DNA of 64,000 nt from Amoebophrya sp. A120 (GCA_905178155.1 CAJINV010000008.1:1674001-1738000), one strand, 5' to 3'; positions 1-12,617 are shown, counted from the first letter of the stretch. The notes: generated by a model from the letters alone, not told the origin. Numbers and translations are program-made.

Positions 1-246
1 TTGAGTCTGCAGATTTTGGGCCATTTCGGTCGAGGCTTTGACGACAATCGAGTGTGCCTCGATCATCCGATCCATGCATTTTGCAAGGCAAATCTGGTCC
101 GGTTTTCCGAGCGAATCCGGAAAGCTGGATTGCCCATTCGGAAAGCACTTCTCGAAGCAGGTCTTCTGGATCTGCTGCTGCAACATCTGCACAACCGCGA
201 GATTCAGCTGGTTCTGCATCTCTGCCACCTGCCTTGTCTGATCCAT
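1..246 (-). CDS. Small Tim chaperone (Tim8/Tim13 family, twin CX3C), 3' end off window
   Basis: Hand translation from ATG at 246: MDQTRQVAEMQNQLNLAVVQMLQQQIQKTCFEKCFPNGQSSFPDSLGKPDQICLAKCMDRMIEAHSIVVKASTEMAQNLQTQ. Contains CFEKC and CLAKC(MDR) motifs. Absent from the ORF track because there is no stop codon in the window. Confidence 0.88.
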   Translation of the reverse strand, partial: MDQTRQVAEMQNQLNLAVVQMLQQQIQKTCFEKCFPNGQSSFPDSLGKPDQICLAKCMDRMIEAHSIVVKASTEMAQNLQTQ

Positions 247-1185
247 CTTTTCGGTTTTTTGGGTGTCTCTGTCCTGCGAGCGGAACAACGAGTTATTTTG
301 GCTACTACCAGAATCTAATTCTGATTGAAAAATTGAAATTCTCTGTAATGTTGTTCTTCTTCTTCCTACATGACCATGAGTACTTCTACGACTAAATGAA
401 AATCAACGAGAAAGTGAGAGTTCTGTGGGTGACGGCGACGGCCTGCAGAAGTCTATGATTCGCATGCTAGTCGTTGTCGTTCTTGTTGATCATGTTGCAT
501 GTGCATCATCAGATAGCAGGATAAGATTACGACCTTGAATTCAGATAAGGATATATCTTCTTCTTGCAGTAGAAAGTACAGCGCTGCGGTGGAGTGAAGA
601 TCGTGGAAAAAAAAGCACCAGGAAGCTGCGTGATCTGTATGTTTTTTCCTGTACTCTTCGGAATGATGTCACACGAAGAAAAAGCAGTCGCCGGGCCGGC
701 GCCTTCTTGCTAATCGTAACCTTGCCAAAAACTACAAGTTGAAATTTTTGCGCTTGACCCTCAAGGACGATGGATTGCAGCACAGCAGCTAGGAACGAGC
801 GGAAAAAAAAAGAGCAGCTGCGACAGAACACACAACGTAAAAATCATGAATTATCTCGTCCTCGCACGGCCTGAGGAGCCGCTCCGTATCCCTGTCGCAC
901 AATCGTGCGGTCAGAGACTGAAATTTAAATGAAATGGCTGTCGATTGATATCTCAAGTACCAACGATAGTGCAAGTTCGAGGCCTCTCTACTTGTTCTGT
1001 TTCTCATATTCAGAGACTGGGCAACGGCAAACAAACGCTTCTTGCTTCAGCTATTCATTGATTGAGCGTAGTAGCTCAACTGAATGAAAGCGTGAAACAG
1101 CAACGAGGCAAAACTGCAGAAGAAACTACTAGCAAAACGTAGCCAAAATGAAACATGTCGTGGAAATCGAAATCATACAGTCAAA

Positions 1186-4100
1186 TTACAAAAAACCTTT
1201 CACGGCGCTGTGCGCCCCAATTGGCTGCTCGCTACCATGTTTGGTTCCAGTTCTTGTCTTGGGAAGAAACAAGATCCGCCGAATACCACAAGCACCAGCT
1301 CGAGCACCACCACAAGTCGTGGTTGCAGTGGCATGAATGTCGAGTAAACCTGTTGAGACCATTCTGGAACCGGCGAACCTACCTACCTTGAGACCTATCT
1401 TCCCAGTTCCTACGAGTGCTTTTCCGGTGAGTCTACCTGCTCCCAAGGCGACTCGCCCCGCTTTGTACTGAGACATCGGATCCGTTACGTTGCGATGGAG
1501 AAGTATCGAAATGACATGTCGCTTCACATCTTGTCAAAATTGCGTTTGGTACAGCTTGGTTGGCCTTGTAGTAGTGCCAGCGCGCTACGTTTTTCAATGA
1601 ATGGAAAGAAGCTCGACAAGTCTGCCGAACTGTACAACGACCGTGCTAGCCATTGCCTTTCGACGCCATAATTCGTCGTATTCGGATAAGCATGCACGAC
1701 GCACACACATCAGAGACAATTCGAATAGATGCACGCAACACGAATAGAGAGAAGCGACATGCGCGCAGTTCGATAGCAGCGCCCGCGGTCGCATCGTAGG
1801 CTGCCGCCTTTATGTCACCGGCGGCGTTGTACGTGCGCTTGACTTTGGACCTTTCGTCAAACGCGTCGATGAGACTCTTTGGCTTGTACTCCCCCTCCTG
1901 CCGCGCTTCCCACTCCGAGGCACTGGAGGTTTTCATGCCCAACAAGGCGCCGGGTGTAAACCGGAACCGCGGATCCGCTCCCTCCGCCGTGACGCGGGCG
2001 ATCTCGTCCTGCATGGCCTGCATCCGCTGCTGTCGCTGGTACTCCTCTTCCATGAGCTGCCGGTCGCTCTTGAGAACCGGATTCGTACTGATCTTCTCGG
2101 AATCCAGCGAGCCGCCTTCCGCCCCGGTTCCCTCTTGGATGGCCAAGGAATCGTCGTCCGCCTCGTCCAGTCCGTGATCTAGATCGTCTGTCTCCTCCTC
2201 GTCCATCGCGTGCGTTTCTGGCTCCCTGATGTCTTCGTAGTCAAAGAAACGCCGGAGCTCCCGCACGCAAGATAGCGGCTCCCCTTCGCGACACATTGCG
2301 TCCTGCTCTTCCGCGGTCTTCGCGTAATCGTCTTCCGGTTCTTTGGACAACTCGTACTTTTCGTCTTTCGGAGCCTCCGCCGCTTCCCGCTATGCTGTGC
2401 AAAAGTATCGTACTCCTACTCGTAGTATTGCAAACATGCATTACAAATCTTGTTCTTAAGCTAAATCCGCATTACAAATTTTATTTCTGATGCTGAGGAA
2501 ATTTGTAATGCATTTATACGAGTACGATACTTTTGCAATGCATACCCGCACCGTGCCGTCGATCTCCAGTGGCGGCGCAATCCCCTTCGTCGCCGGGTCA
2601 ATGTAGATCGTCCGCGCAGCGTAGTGCTTACTTTGGTCGCGGAAGTTCTGTCCCGGCCCCGGCCACCAGCGTTTTCGAAGTTCCGCCTGCTGTTGCTCGT
2701 CGTGATGATCGAGACCTTCTTTATTCATCTCAGCATCGGCACCATTCTCGGCCAGCTCGGGATTTTTCACGACATACGCGAAAGAGCCACTTTGTACTTT
2801 AGCGCAAATGAACGGCCGGGACTTCGGCATGGTCGTCCAAACCTTCGCGTACGCGTTTTTCAGGATTCTGTTGGCACCTTTCTGCTCCGTCGCAAACAGG
2901 TGCTGATCGAGGAAATGTGCAAGCTTCAACCGCTCCAGCGTAAGCTGTTCGCGAGTCATGGTCCGGTAATCGACGCCGGTAATTGGGATACAGGCGGACG
3001 CAGGGTTCCGTGGATCATCCATGACTGCGCTCTTGTTGGTGGAAGAGGACATAACACCGGAATCGCTGCGGGCTTGTGCTTGACCATCGGTCGCATGAGT
3101 TTGGCGATGGCTTGCCGCGCCATCGGTCGTCGTGGACGAGCCGGAATGGTCCGCTCCGGTATTATGATCGTCGGACTGCGGCATGACCTCCGCGTCGATG
3201 GAGTCATCGGTGCGCACGACCGGGCTGATATGGATCATCCGAATGTATTTCGCAATTTCTCGCGAGAGCTCTTGGAGTTTTTCCAGTTTCGGGAACTCTC
3301 GTTCCTCCACGGGTCGTGGGTGATCCAGGAGCGTCATTTTCTTCTTCTCCACCTTCTCCGCTTCAATGGGAGCTGATCCAGCATCTGGCTCAGCTTCATC
3401 CTCGTTAGCATCTGCAGCATCCCCCGTTTCCGGGGTCATATCAACATCCTCGCCCGTCGCTGTCGTGTCGCCGGTGCCAGCGTCCGGTGGGGGCACGATT
3501 TCTCCTGCATCTTCATCATCGCTTGCCGCAAAAGACGTCACGATGCTCTTCGTGCTCTTTCCTCTTGAAGATCTTCCTAGAGCTGCACTGTAGTTCTTGT
3601 TCTTTAGCGTGTGCATCTCAGCATAAGAACCCAGAGCGGGAACCCCTTCTACTCTATCACCCGTGCAAATGCCACCACCAGTGCGGACTCCCTGCCGCTC
3701 GAGCGAAACGTCCAGATGATTTTTCCCTGAGGGAATCCCTACAAACGCCGTGAGCACGTCGCCATTACGGGGGAAGTTCACTTTCGGAACGCTGTCCTCC
3801 AACTCATCCACGTGCTCAAGCATTCCTAATTTCACGAGACACTGCGCCACGAGCTTCTTGCTCTTTCGCAAACCAGTAAGCGCGGAATTCTCCAAACAGT
3901 GCGGAGCCGCACCGACGCAGCATGAATTGGTGGTTAGGTCGCCGCCACCACTTTCGTTAGCGCCTTTTGATACCGAATCAGCAGGAGAAGTAGAGCTCCC
4001 GCCCGATAGAGGCAAGCTTGACCGCTGCTGACAGGCGTTTTGCGGATACTTCACCATGCACTTGATGCGTGGTTTCTGGCCACTGGAAACCTTGGCTCCA

Positions 4101-4540
4101 TCGTCAGGAACTCGCTCGCAGGCGAAGGGCTTGTCCGACAATCCGGTGCTGGCGCTGGCCTCATTCTCCACACCGCCACCACTGCTCGGCGTGCCGCCCT
4201 CCGGGAAGAGCCGCTCGCAGCCATCTCGGAGCAGGGTTTTCCAGTGCTGCCACTTCTTGCCGATCGCCGACTCAAGATTGGCGACGGACTTCGGATTCCA
4301 CTCTAGTACGGAATGCGCAGTCAGCACGGTAGCCGCAGTATTGGGTTTTTTCCGAAAAACTAGGTCCCGAAGGTATTTCTTTTCCGCGGCGGAATATGGC
4401 TGCTGCAACACGAGCTCTTCCTGCTGGGCATACTTTGCGACGAGGGCGGTCAGACTCTGCGTGGCCTCCAGTTGCTGGGCGTGGTGCCCGTAGAACGCTG
4501 CAGGCTCGTACACGAAGGTCTCGGTGAGCTCGGTGTCCAT
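1186..4540 (-). CDS. Hypothetical protein, ~970 aa, 3 exons (4540-2546, 2389-1777, 1502-1186)
   Basis: ORFs 2456..4600, 1646..2350 and 1186..1527 join in frame (DGTVR|REAAEAPKD; ATAGA|VLHRNVTDPM) once two inverted-repeat elements are removed. The start may lie further upstream (acceptor-like AG at 4591). No recognised domain. Confidence 0.6.
1503..1776 (-). mobile_element. Introner-like non-canonical intron (CT-AC) with terminal inverted repeats
   Basis: On +, tatcgaa-N4-catgtcgcttc (1504-1525) is the inverse of gaagcgacatg-N7-ttcgata (1751-1775). Removing 1503-1776 joins the flanking ORFs in frame (phase 1). Confidence 0.7.
2390..2545 (-). mobile_element. MITE-like introner forming a GT-AG intron; 25-bp TIR, 5-bp TSD
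   Basis: TIR 2391-2415 / 2520-2544 (23/25; perfect 18-bp core tgcaaaagtatcgtactc). Inner 13-bp IR at 2436-2448 / 2501-2513. Direct repeat cccgc at 2386-2390 and 2545-2549. Minus strand reads CGG|GTATGC...GCATAG|CGG, in frame. Confidence 0.9.
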
Positions 4541-5256
4541 GTCGTCCGTGATTACGATGGTGAAGATGATCTGCTCTTCCTTGTGGTCTTCTATGAGCAA
4601 TCATGCAATGCCATGAACGAAGTAAGTACTTAACTCATCTGACTATCGGATAGGTATCGCCCGCCGGTCGTAATTTTCACACTTCTACTGACGGTTCAGC
4701 ACCAACTACTCAGACACTCTCCCATTGCTCCTGGGAGCAATCAGGTCTCTCCTTGTGCAGTCATCATCTATCACACCGCATGGGAGGCGGAAGAGGTTGA
4801 CGAAAACGAAAGAATCCGACCGTAGATACACGATTTCGAAGATAGCTCACCTTCCCACACACCCTCAACAACAAAAGTACAAAGTACATACCGCTCTCGT
4901 TTTCTCACGCGCAAGCAGGCAGCAGCGAGATTTGGGATCGAGATCGTCATGCAGTGACACAAGATCAATTTCATACGCGACGGCGAAGTAGACGAGGATA
5001 ACCAACATCTGCACGACAACCGACCGAACACAAACTACTTACTTGCACTTACAGGAAAGCGACGGTCCATGTCTAGCAAAAGGAGAGACTCGGCTTTCAT
5101 GACTTTTTTTCGCTCCATTGACTCTTCTACGGGAAGTCATCGGATATTCATGTTTCGTGAACTTCCAGAGTATGCAGTTCAACGAACCACCTATTGCCCA
5201 TACCCCCGACTCCTGTGTAGTTTATGCGATCCTCTCTATGCTGCATGTTCATCGCG

Positions 5257-8200
5257 TCAGATACCATCCGAACTTCCTTGTCTTCCTGTCCTTACGTCCT
5301 CAGGCAGTACAGACTCTGCACTTGAGACGGGAGGACCATGTTGTGAAGATGACCCTGAAGCAACTACATCCAGCGTGGTGACGTCCTGATCGTGATCGTC
5401 TTTCGGCTGTTGATCTACTCCAACCGACCCTGGCATCTTGCCGACGGATGTTCCTTCTTTTGGTGCAGTACCAGTAGAAGACATGTCGTTGTCTACTGGA
5501 GGAGCAATTGCAACAGCAAGCCCGACATCACTTAGGCCTGGCTGCGTTGCCGTTGCCTCAAACGCGGCAAGAGCAGAGGCGTCCGCAGTATTCACCTGTC
5601 CTTCGGGCGAGACCAGTGCATGCTCCGTTGTTGGTGTGAATCCGCTTTTCTCCGGCGCGATGTTGAATTGCTCATCCGCCACACTCGGCGTTGTTTGCTC
5701 GGCATTGAAAAAGTGGTCGTCGAACGAAGCGAAATTTTGATCAGCGATTGCAGCAGAGTCCTGCGGCCCTTCTGCTCCTTCACCCGGAGGACCTTCCTCC
5801 GCCGTTGTCGTAAGATTTTTTTGCGTTTTCTTCTCGTGCTTTCTTCGCACTTCATCGTAGGCATGTTCCTGCGCGTCCATTTCCATCAGCACATGCTGAT
5901 TGTACCGCAAGGAAAACGACCGCTTGGCATCGCTGATCACGTCCCGCGGGTGAAAAGCCGAACGCGCGTTCGCAAGCCAGGACGGGTTATTTTGGTCGTC
6001 CTTCTCCTTGTCCTCGTGCCTCTTCTTCTTTTTCTTCGCAGCAGTGCCAGTGCCAGCCCCGTTAATAGCACTCGGTGGCTGTAGTTCGACGGAAACTACC
6101 TGGTCTGTCCCGATGTCTTCTGACGCTATGGACGGTGGAACGGTGGTCGCGGTGTGACTCGGGGAGGATCGGGTGGACCCGTCTGGCGGCTCCTTCACTG
6201 CTGCACCCTGCGGACTCAGCTTTGGAATATTTTGAGTTGTTGTGGCAGATGAGCCTGATACTGCAAGAAGACCTTGCGGCGCTTTTTGATCTACGACAGC
6301 ACCAGCTGCGGTTAACTGCTTTGTTCCACCGCCCGCTGCAACAGACGAAAGCGACGATGCCAGAGACGTCGAAGTTGTCCCGCCGATGGAAATCTCGTCG
6401 TAGTTGTTTCCAGATGAGGAACTCGACGAGGACCCTGTGCCGTCCTGGTCGATTTCTCCGACTTGGTCCATTTCATACGTGTCTAGCTGCACCAGATTTC
6501 CGATCTTACTCGGCGACACGACACTGCTCAGCTGTGTGGTCTGCTGGAGTCCACGACCACCCGTTGTGCCCTCCTTTGTTCCGCCAAACGCGTTCAGTAA
6601 AGACTTCTGTTTTTCCACAGGATGCACCGGCCTGCTGGTGGACGCCGTGGCGGCCGTAGTGCCTATTTGAAGCCCGTGGCTGATTGCGTGGTTGGTTGCG
6701 AGTTGGTTCCTGACCGGGATGCCGACGACACGGCTGGCGTCGCCAACGCCGGTGTTAAAACTCTTGCCGGTGCCAGGTTTCTGTGCAACTCCTTCCTGTG
6801 TACTAGCCACTGCGGAGCCATTGCTCAACGCAAATCCCGGCTCAACGGAGCCGACGTTTGGGTGCATTGTTCCAGTTTGGTACTGCGGATCCGCTTGCAA
6901 GAAATTTTGTGGGTGCAGCTGCGCTGCGCCTGTGTGTGCATGCAGTTCCTTCGGCGAGTTGTACTCCTTCACTGGTTGGGTTACGTCTTGAAACTCTTTC
7001 CAATTAAACGCCAAAATCATATCATGTGACACAATCTCCCCTGCCCGGAAACTCATTTCCGATCCGAGTTCCTTCTTGGCAAACACATTTTCTGATCATG
7101 ACTGAAAAAAGTAGTTGCACACCGTGTGGCAGGAAGTTGTAAACTTCTCTAATCCTTGATACGGTGTTGCAACACGGTTTGAACGAGCTCAAACAGCATA
7201 CCGTGGCAGTGTGGTCTCTCTGCGCTCTCCCTATCCATGCAAAAGCTGAGCTTTGTATAATCATTTGACTGTGTGTATGCCTGCAATTACAATTACTGAA
7301 GATGTGAAACAGAAACGAGGACAATGGGGGGGCGTGATCATGTGTCACAGTTGGTAGGTCATGCACGCAGTGAAAAACGCGCACTCGACGATGAGAATGA
7401 AATCCTGCCACGCCTCCTGGTTTTTCGAGATGAACAGCGGAAACATGTAGCCCTGCCAAAACGTCAGAAAGACCACCATTTTCACGGCGGCGAACTTGAG
7501 GATGCACTTTTTGTCCTGCATGGCCACGTGGTTCTTGCACGCCGTGTACATGAGGTACCTGAAGTGGTGTGGGTGAAAAAAGGTAGAAAGATGCTAGCGC
7601 CCGCCACCCAAGTTGAGAGGTCTTGTGCTTAGTAGTTACTTACTATCACGGCACTGCTTAGAAGTCACTCTGGTGCCGGTTTTCTTCTTTCGGCGCATTG
7701 ACAACAAGCAAAGCGTCAACTTTAACTTTATCAGGAGCCGCAAAACGAAAATAACATCACAGTCAGAGGCAAGAAAAATAAACTCTTATTGATACAGTCC
7801 GAACAGCGCCAGGGTGTAGCTAACGTTGTAGACAAAGTTCGTGAACAAAATCGCCAAGATGTTTCTCTCCGACCCCTGCGCCCATAGAAACAGCTCGATC
7901 ACGCACATGACTGGTTTCATGATGACGAACTGCAGCGCGCACCGCTTCGGAAAGCGGATCATCTGCTCCGGGGGGATGGCACCGAAGCAGATGCTGAACG
8001 GCCACGGGTAGTGAAATTCTTTCACCGGCTTGGAAAAATCCGCAGAGTGCTCCTCGGCAATGCTGGTCAGGCACATGTGCTCCCCACCCATGTACTCCAG
8101 GATCAGCATCAGAAAGCTGTAAATCACCACCGCCTCCCAGAAATCCCGCATCACGTTGATGGGAAAAGGGTATCCAAGAGAAGCAAATACTGGATACTGA

Positions 8201-8904
8201 CAAGCTTTTCTTGTTGTCCTGTGCAAGAATCAAGAGACAGTTGCTGGTGCAATGTCGATTTATGTGTTTAATCTCGTAGTGGCAAATAATGGCATCAATA
8301 GGTGCATCTGCCGCTTTTGCCTTATCTTTGTCAACGAACTAGTATGGCACCATAGACCATGGCATCATAGTCAACATGCATGATTCACGTATACGATGCA
8401 AAACGAGAAAACTTGTAAGTATGTGCTACAAAATTATGTTGCTTGGATATTCTCCCTTCGGGCACCAAAAGCGCCAAGAAGCTGAAGAAGACCTAATTGT
8501 AATTTCAGTTTGATGACTGATGGCATGAAATTTTCAAAGAGCAAAAGAATGGAAGCAGGTGAAGGAGCAGGAGCACATGCATGCTTACCGTTCCAAAAAT
8601 GCGAGCGGTAATGCTCGTGGTAGTCATCCTTGAGTTCATCAGATGTTGCAGAGAACCAGAATGCGGCTTTCTTGCATGTACTGGCTTACTTCGCATGTAT
8701 GTTCGAAAAATCAACGAGAACTATCCTTACCACAATCGGGGTGATCAGCAGGATGCGTAGAATGTGCGTCTGCAGGTGCGGTTTGGCATAGTGTGACAAA
8801 TGCTTGTACATGTTGTACGCCGTCAGTCCCCAGACGAACACGATACAACCGACCGCGAACACCACTGCCCACCCGCTCACCACGAACTGGCCTCCAGACT
8901 GCAT
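5257..8904 (-). CDS. TMEM184 / organic solute transporter OST-alpha family membrane protein, 5 exons, long disordered C-tail
   Basis: Motifs HLSHYAKPHLQTHILRILLITPI, RDFWEAVVIYSFLMLILEYMGGE, ALQFVIMKP, KFAAVKMVVFLTFWQ and QDFILIVE. Exons approximately 8904-8731, 8492-8451, 8169-7796, 7558-7354, 7011-5257. Introns 1 and 3 are GT-AG. Confidence 0.88.
7012..7353 (-). other. Non-canonical intron with subterminal 9-bp inverted repeat (exact borders ambiguous)
   Basis: tgtgacaca (7025-7033) / tgtgtcaca (7341-7349). Removing about 342 nt gives FFTACM(TY or IL)AFNWKEF. I found no GT-AG pair that preserves the transmembrane segment. Confidence 0.6.
8170..8450 (-). mobile_element. Introner-like non-canonical intron (AT-AC) with 8-bp TIR
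   Basis: tatccaag (8171-8178) / cttggata (8442-8449). Minus strand AGA|ATATCCAAG...CTTGGATAC|CCT gives in-frame LLVPEGR|PFPINVMRD. An alternative GT-AG solution exists but fits family spacing less well. Confidence 0.6.
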
Positions 8905-10142
8905 CGTGCGAAGAAGAGGTGGATCCAAGAATACACAAATGCTCAAGCAAGTCGCGCCCAGGTTCCACGGCAGGTCTGCTTCGGTCCTTGTTTTCCAAAT
9001 TTTTGGCCAACGATTTGAAACAAAGATAGAGAACAAGATATCAGGATAAACGCATCGTGTGGTAAGAGTCACTGGCGTGATTGGACATGGTGACATCAAA
9101 AGTAGTTGAACGTCGAAGTCGCATCCTGGTTTTCAGCCATGAAGCTGCGTGCGATAGCAATTTCGACGCCTGTTCTAGCTTAATTAGTTAGCCACAGCTA
9201 CAGCATTGCTAGTTGTAATATTTTCTGCTTCACTCATCGTCATCATCTGCTGGAACGATTACAACTTTGTTTGCAACGGTGGTCATTTCGAGCAGTCCAT
9301 ACTTGTTAGTTACAGCATACAGTTCTCTCTATGGTTGGCATCGAGAAGAGGTGTTTATCGCGAGGCAGGGTAGAAGTCCGGATATTCATGTTCATGAGGC
9401 GCGCGTAAAGCTGAGGTCCTGTGGAGACGATGAGTACCAAACCAATACCACACAGAATCGTGATATGCAGTAGCACACGACACTGAACCTTTTCAGGCGA
9501 TCATTCCTGCTCGTAAAGGACCCAAGCACAGGCATCTCGTAGCAAGAAAAACTGAAGGACAATACGAAGATGCAGCCATGCCTGAGCATTTTCCTCTTCC
9601 TTGTGTTGCATGCGTGAGAGCGTTCTTGTACCGGTAAAACTTCACTTCGCAGTACTACTCTGTATGTACTTACATTTTCTCTCAAAATCGGCAAGATGCA
9701 CTCTTCTTGCTTTTTCCATCGAACACATAGCCGTCCTCTAAGTGAGGAGAACTACAACTAGAAGCCCTTAGGCGGTGGATAAAAATGGCCAACCTGCCGG
9801 TGTATGCAAAAGCAAAAGCTCATGTAAGTTTATGGGATTTCGCGTTCTTCCACGTGCTGCTGTCAAGCAAGATTGCGTCGACCATTTCGATTTCGTGTTG
9901 AGAGCAGCTTGCCTCCGGCTCAGATTGACCAAATACATGGGAGTGAACGTGAAAGGGATAGCGCATCATGTAATAAGTGATCGCTCTTCGGTCTATCACT
10001 ATCGTCTCTGTCCCGTGGCCGAGGCCGTGCATCCGAATCATAAGGCCGAACTGACTTTTTCTTTGTTCTTGACAAAACTGAAAATGTGCCCAGAGTAAAC
10101 ACCATTCGTGGTCAAGTCAAAGGCTGCAGTAAGGCTGCCTGT

Positions 10143-12617
10143 TCAATCCAGAACCCACGCCGTCGCGACCCATTTCACTCCTTCCTCCACTGGACAGCCC
10201 GCATGCCAGCTGTATTCGTCCGGTGTCCCGTCGGATAACAGATTGTAAAACAACACGCCAAGAGACTGCAGACGACCATCTGCACCTTCGGTAGTTGGTT
10301 TCCCTACTTCTTGTCCTGTCGCCGTCACTGGCCGCGAGGATAACTTTGGTCCAACAATACGATGTCCGGCTTCATTTGTGGCCTGATCAACATGATCTTC
10401 TGCCTTGAAGACTTTCAGGCCTGTGCTACCTGTCGGTGTCACGCTCGTACCACTATGAGTCTCGTTTTTACAGACAAAAGGTCGAACGTCGTGTGTGAAG
10501 CTGATCCTTCCATGAGCAGGAGTCGTATCTTCTGTAGCATCAGAGCCCCTATTGGTAACATTGAGACCAAAAGAAGTTTCATTTTTCCGGAAAAACCACG
10601 TCTCGCCACCCCTGCGCGCAGTGTGCAGCCAGTACAGGACAGTTGCTAGTCGCTCGGGCGGTCTGGGGGCCTGCTTGCGATGAAACAGCTCTTCCTGTCC
10701 CTCTATCTCTATGCCGGGTAGTGTTTGCGCTGCCTGTGAGGGATCATGTTCAGCAGGCTTCGATAGTATTCTCGACGCCCCCATCACTTGTCGTCCGCTT
10801 CTTGCACCTTCAACCAAGTTGTCCCGCCGTCGCAGTAGATCTTGGTGTGCGTCATATCGTTGACCCACTGCGTACCGCAAAACTTGCAGCGCCGGCTCTA
10901 GCGGAGAATCTTCCAACACCAACCCGGTTGTGTCTCGAGGACTCTCTTGCATCGGTTCTTGTCGCGGGTCGCGCCCGCACGTGTTGTTCGCAACCGCAGG
11001 CACGCAGTCGCTTCTTCTAGAACCCGCGCTGCTGATCCGTCTTTTTCCGCGTCGTGCTATGCGAAGGGTAAAATCCGCAATGCGCCAATTCTGCGCCGTC
11101 TCCTCGTAGTACTCCCAATAGGTCGTGCTGCTCCGCTTGCTGTTGGTCTTATTTTTCGCAATCGACAATTCATCGGCGGTCCTTGTTTGCAATGAATCCT
11201 CCAGCTCACCAGCGTGCTCCTTATCCGACCACAGCAAGTATTTCTCCTTCACGTGGCTGAAAAGATCAATCGCTGACGAGTCCTTTTCGATTAAAACCTC
11301 AAACACAGCTGGTCTACTCGAAAGCGTTCTCAGAATGAAACTGTCTCTCGAGAAATCTCCCGACAATTCGGCAGCCGGGCCGCCCCTTTCATCCTCATCT
11401 GCAGCATTCACAACGTGCTTCGTCTCGTCGTTCCGACGCAAGAACTCCGAACCCGATGGAAGTTGCACGACGCGCAGAAAGCCTTCGCGCACCGGTGGCC
11501 ACCGCCAGTTTCCATCTTCGAACAGCAAAAAGACGAGAGACGGTCGTCCGTAAGTATCACGAACAGGATCATCCGTAGAGCCGCCTGAGCAAGCTGCTGC
11601 AGCAGGAGACTGGAGTTCTATTCCAAGCTCGGTCTCTGTTTTTTTTGCCTCCTCCTCATCTCGTAGTGACTTTATTCCGCGACGACCACCAACGCGAAGA
11701 CCATGATCAACACCTCCCGCGTTCAGCACTTCCTCTCCGCTGTTCGCGTCAAAAAGGGCCCACGAACGGTTCTTCTCGGCGGAGAGGTACCACTCCCGGG
11801 GGGTCGTCCTTTCGCGAGAGGACAACAGACGACGCACGTCTTCGCCCGTTAGTCTTGCAACAAGTGTTGATGAACCTGGCAGAGCTTCACGAGAGCCCGT
11901 TTGTGCGCCGCGTGCCGATGTTGATGTGCGTGTCGTAGAGGCGACCGGTACTACGGATGGCAATACAACTGGGAGCCTCGTGGTCGCTTTCGGCTGGAGT
12001 GTAGTGCCACCCCGGTAGAAATCTAAGTGAAGAAAATCTTCAAACTCGATCGAGGGGGATGGAGTGGAGAGCGTACTACTGTGCGGCGATCTTGCATTTG
12101 TGGTTTGTTCATCTTGATCGACGCTGGAGGCGCTAATAACAGGCTGACGGACTTCTGCACATCGTCGAACACAGAGGACGTGATATCCTTGGTCCACATC
12201 ACCCCTCTCGTTCAACCAAGGTTCCACGTCTGCAAAGGCGCATCCGGCACCATCTCGTGAATCTTCATGGGCAGTCTCCTTTTCTGCGCCACCGCTGGTG
12301 GAAGCAACACCAGCAGTACTGTTAGTGCGACTACGGTTAGTTGCATGGATCTTGGTGATGTGGTTTACAGAAGCCCCGAGTGGTGCGCCTCCGAGACCGA
12401 GAGCAAGTGAATCACCTGGATGAAAAACCGAGTCTGGCGTGGTGCCAACGCTGTGAAGATCTTGGAACGCCGCAGACGTGCCATTGCCATCAGTCACGAC
12501 TGCAGATGAAGGAACGGCCTTGCACAACAAAAAATGGAAAATCCAGCCACCAGCACTCCAAGAAAGGAGATCAAATGGCGTGTGTGCTTGCGGCTTACGC
12601 TTATATGTACAAGACAT
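10143..12617 (-). CDS. Prolyl 4-hydroxylase alpha-like 2OG-Fe(II) dioxygenase
   Basis: [16 protein letters not shown] (HxD), RLATVLYWL...[17 protein letters not shown]...[19 protein letters not shown] (distal His and 2OG-binding Lys). N-terminal hydrophobic stretch. Start codon uncertain. Confidence 0.9.
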   Translation of the reverse strand: MSCTYKRKPQAHTPFDLLSWSAGGWIFHFLLCKAVPSSAVVTDGNGTSAAFQDLHSVGTTPDSVFHPGDSLALGLGGAPLGASVNHITKIHATNRSRTNSTAGVASTSGGAEKETAHEDSRDGAGCAFADVEPWLNERGDVDQGYHVLCVRRCAEVRQPVISASSVDQDEQTTNARSPHSSTLSTPSPSIEFEDFLHLDFYRGGTTLQPKATTRLPVVLPSVVPVASTTRTSTSARGAQTGSREALPGSSTLVARLTGEDVRRLLSSRERTTPREWYLSAEKNRSWALFDANSGEEVLNAGGVDHGLRVGGRRGIKSLRDEEEAKKTETELGIELQSPAAAACSGGSTDDPVRDTYGRPSLVFLLFEDGNWRWPPVREGFLRVVQLPSGSEFLRRNDETKHVVNAADEDERGGPAAELSGDFSRDSFILRTLSSRPAVFEVLIEKDSSAIDLFSHVKEKYLLWSDKEHAGELEDSLQTRTADELSIAKNKTNSKRSSTTYWEYYEETAQNWRIADFTLRIARRGKRRISSAGSRRSDCVPAVANNTCGRDPRQEPMQESPRDTTGLVLEDSPLEPALQVLRYAVGQRYDAHQDLLRRRDNLVEGARSGRQVMGASRILSKPAEHDPSQAAQTLPGIEIEGQEELFHRKQAPRPPERLATVLYWLHTARRGGETWFFRKNETSFGLNVTNRGSDATEDTTPAHGRISFTHDVRPFVCKNETHSGTSVTPTGSTGLKVFKAEDHVDQATNEAGHRIVGPKLSSRPVTATGQEVGKPTTEGADGRLQSLGVLFYNLLSDGTPDEYSWHAGCPVEEGVKWVATAWVLD

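Noticed and set aside
1-395. + strand ORFs 1..318, 38..241 and 54..395
   Set aside because: The real gene is the minus-strand twin-CX3C small Tim.
8170-8450. True U12-type minor intron
   Set aside because: The donor diverges after ATATCC, there is no U12 branch motif, and the TIR explains the ends.
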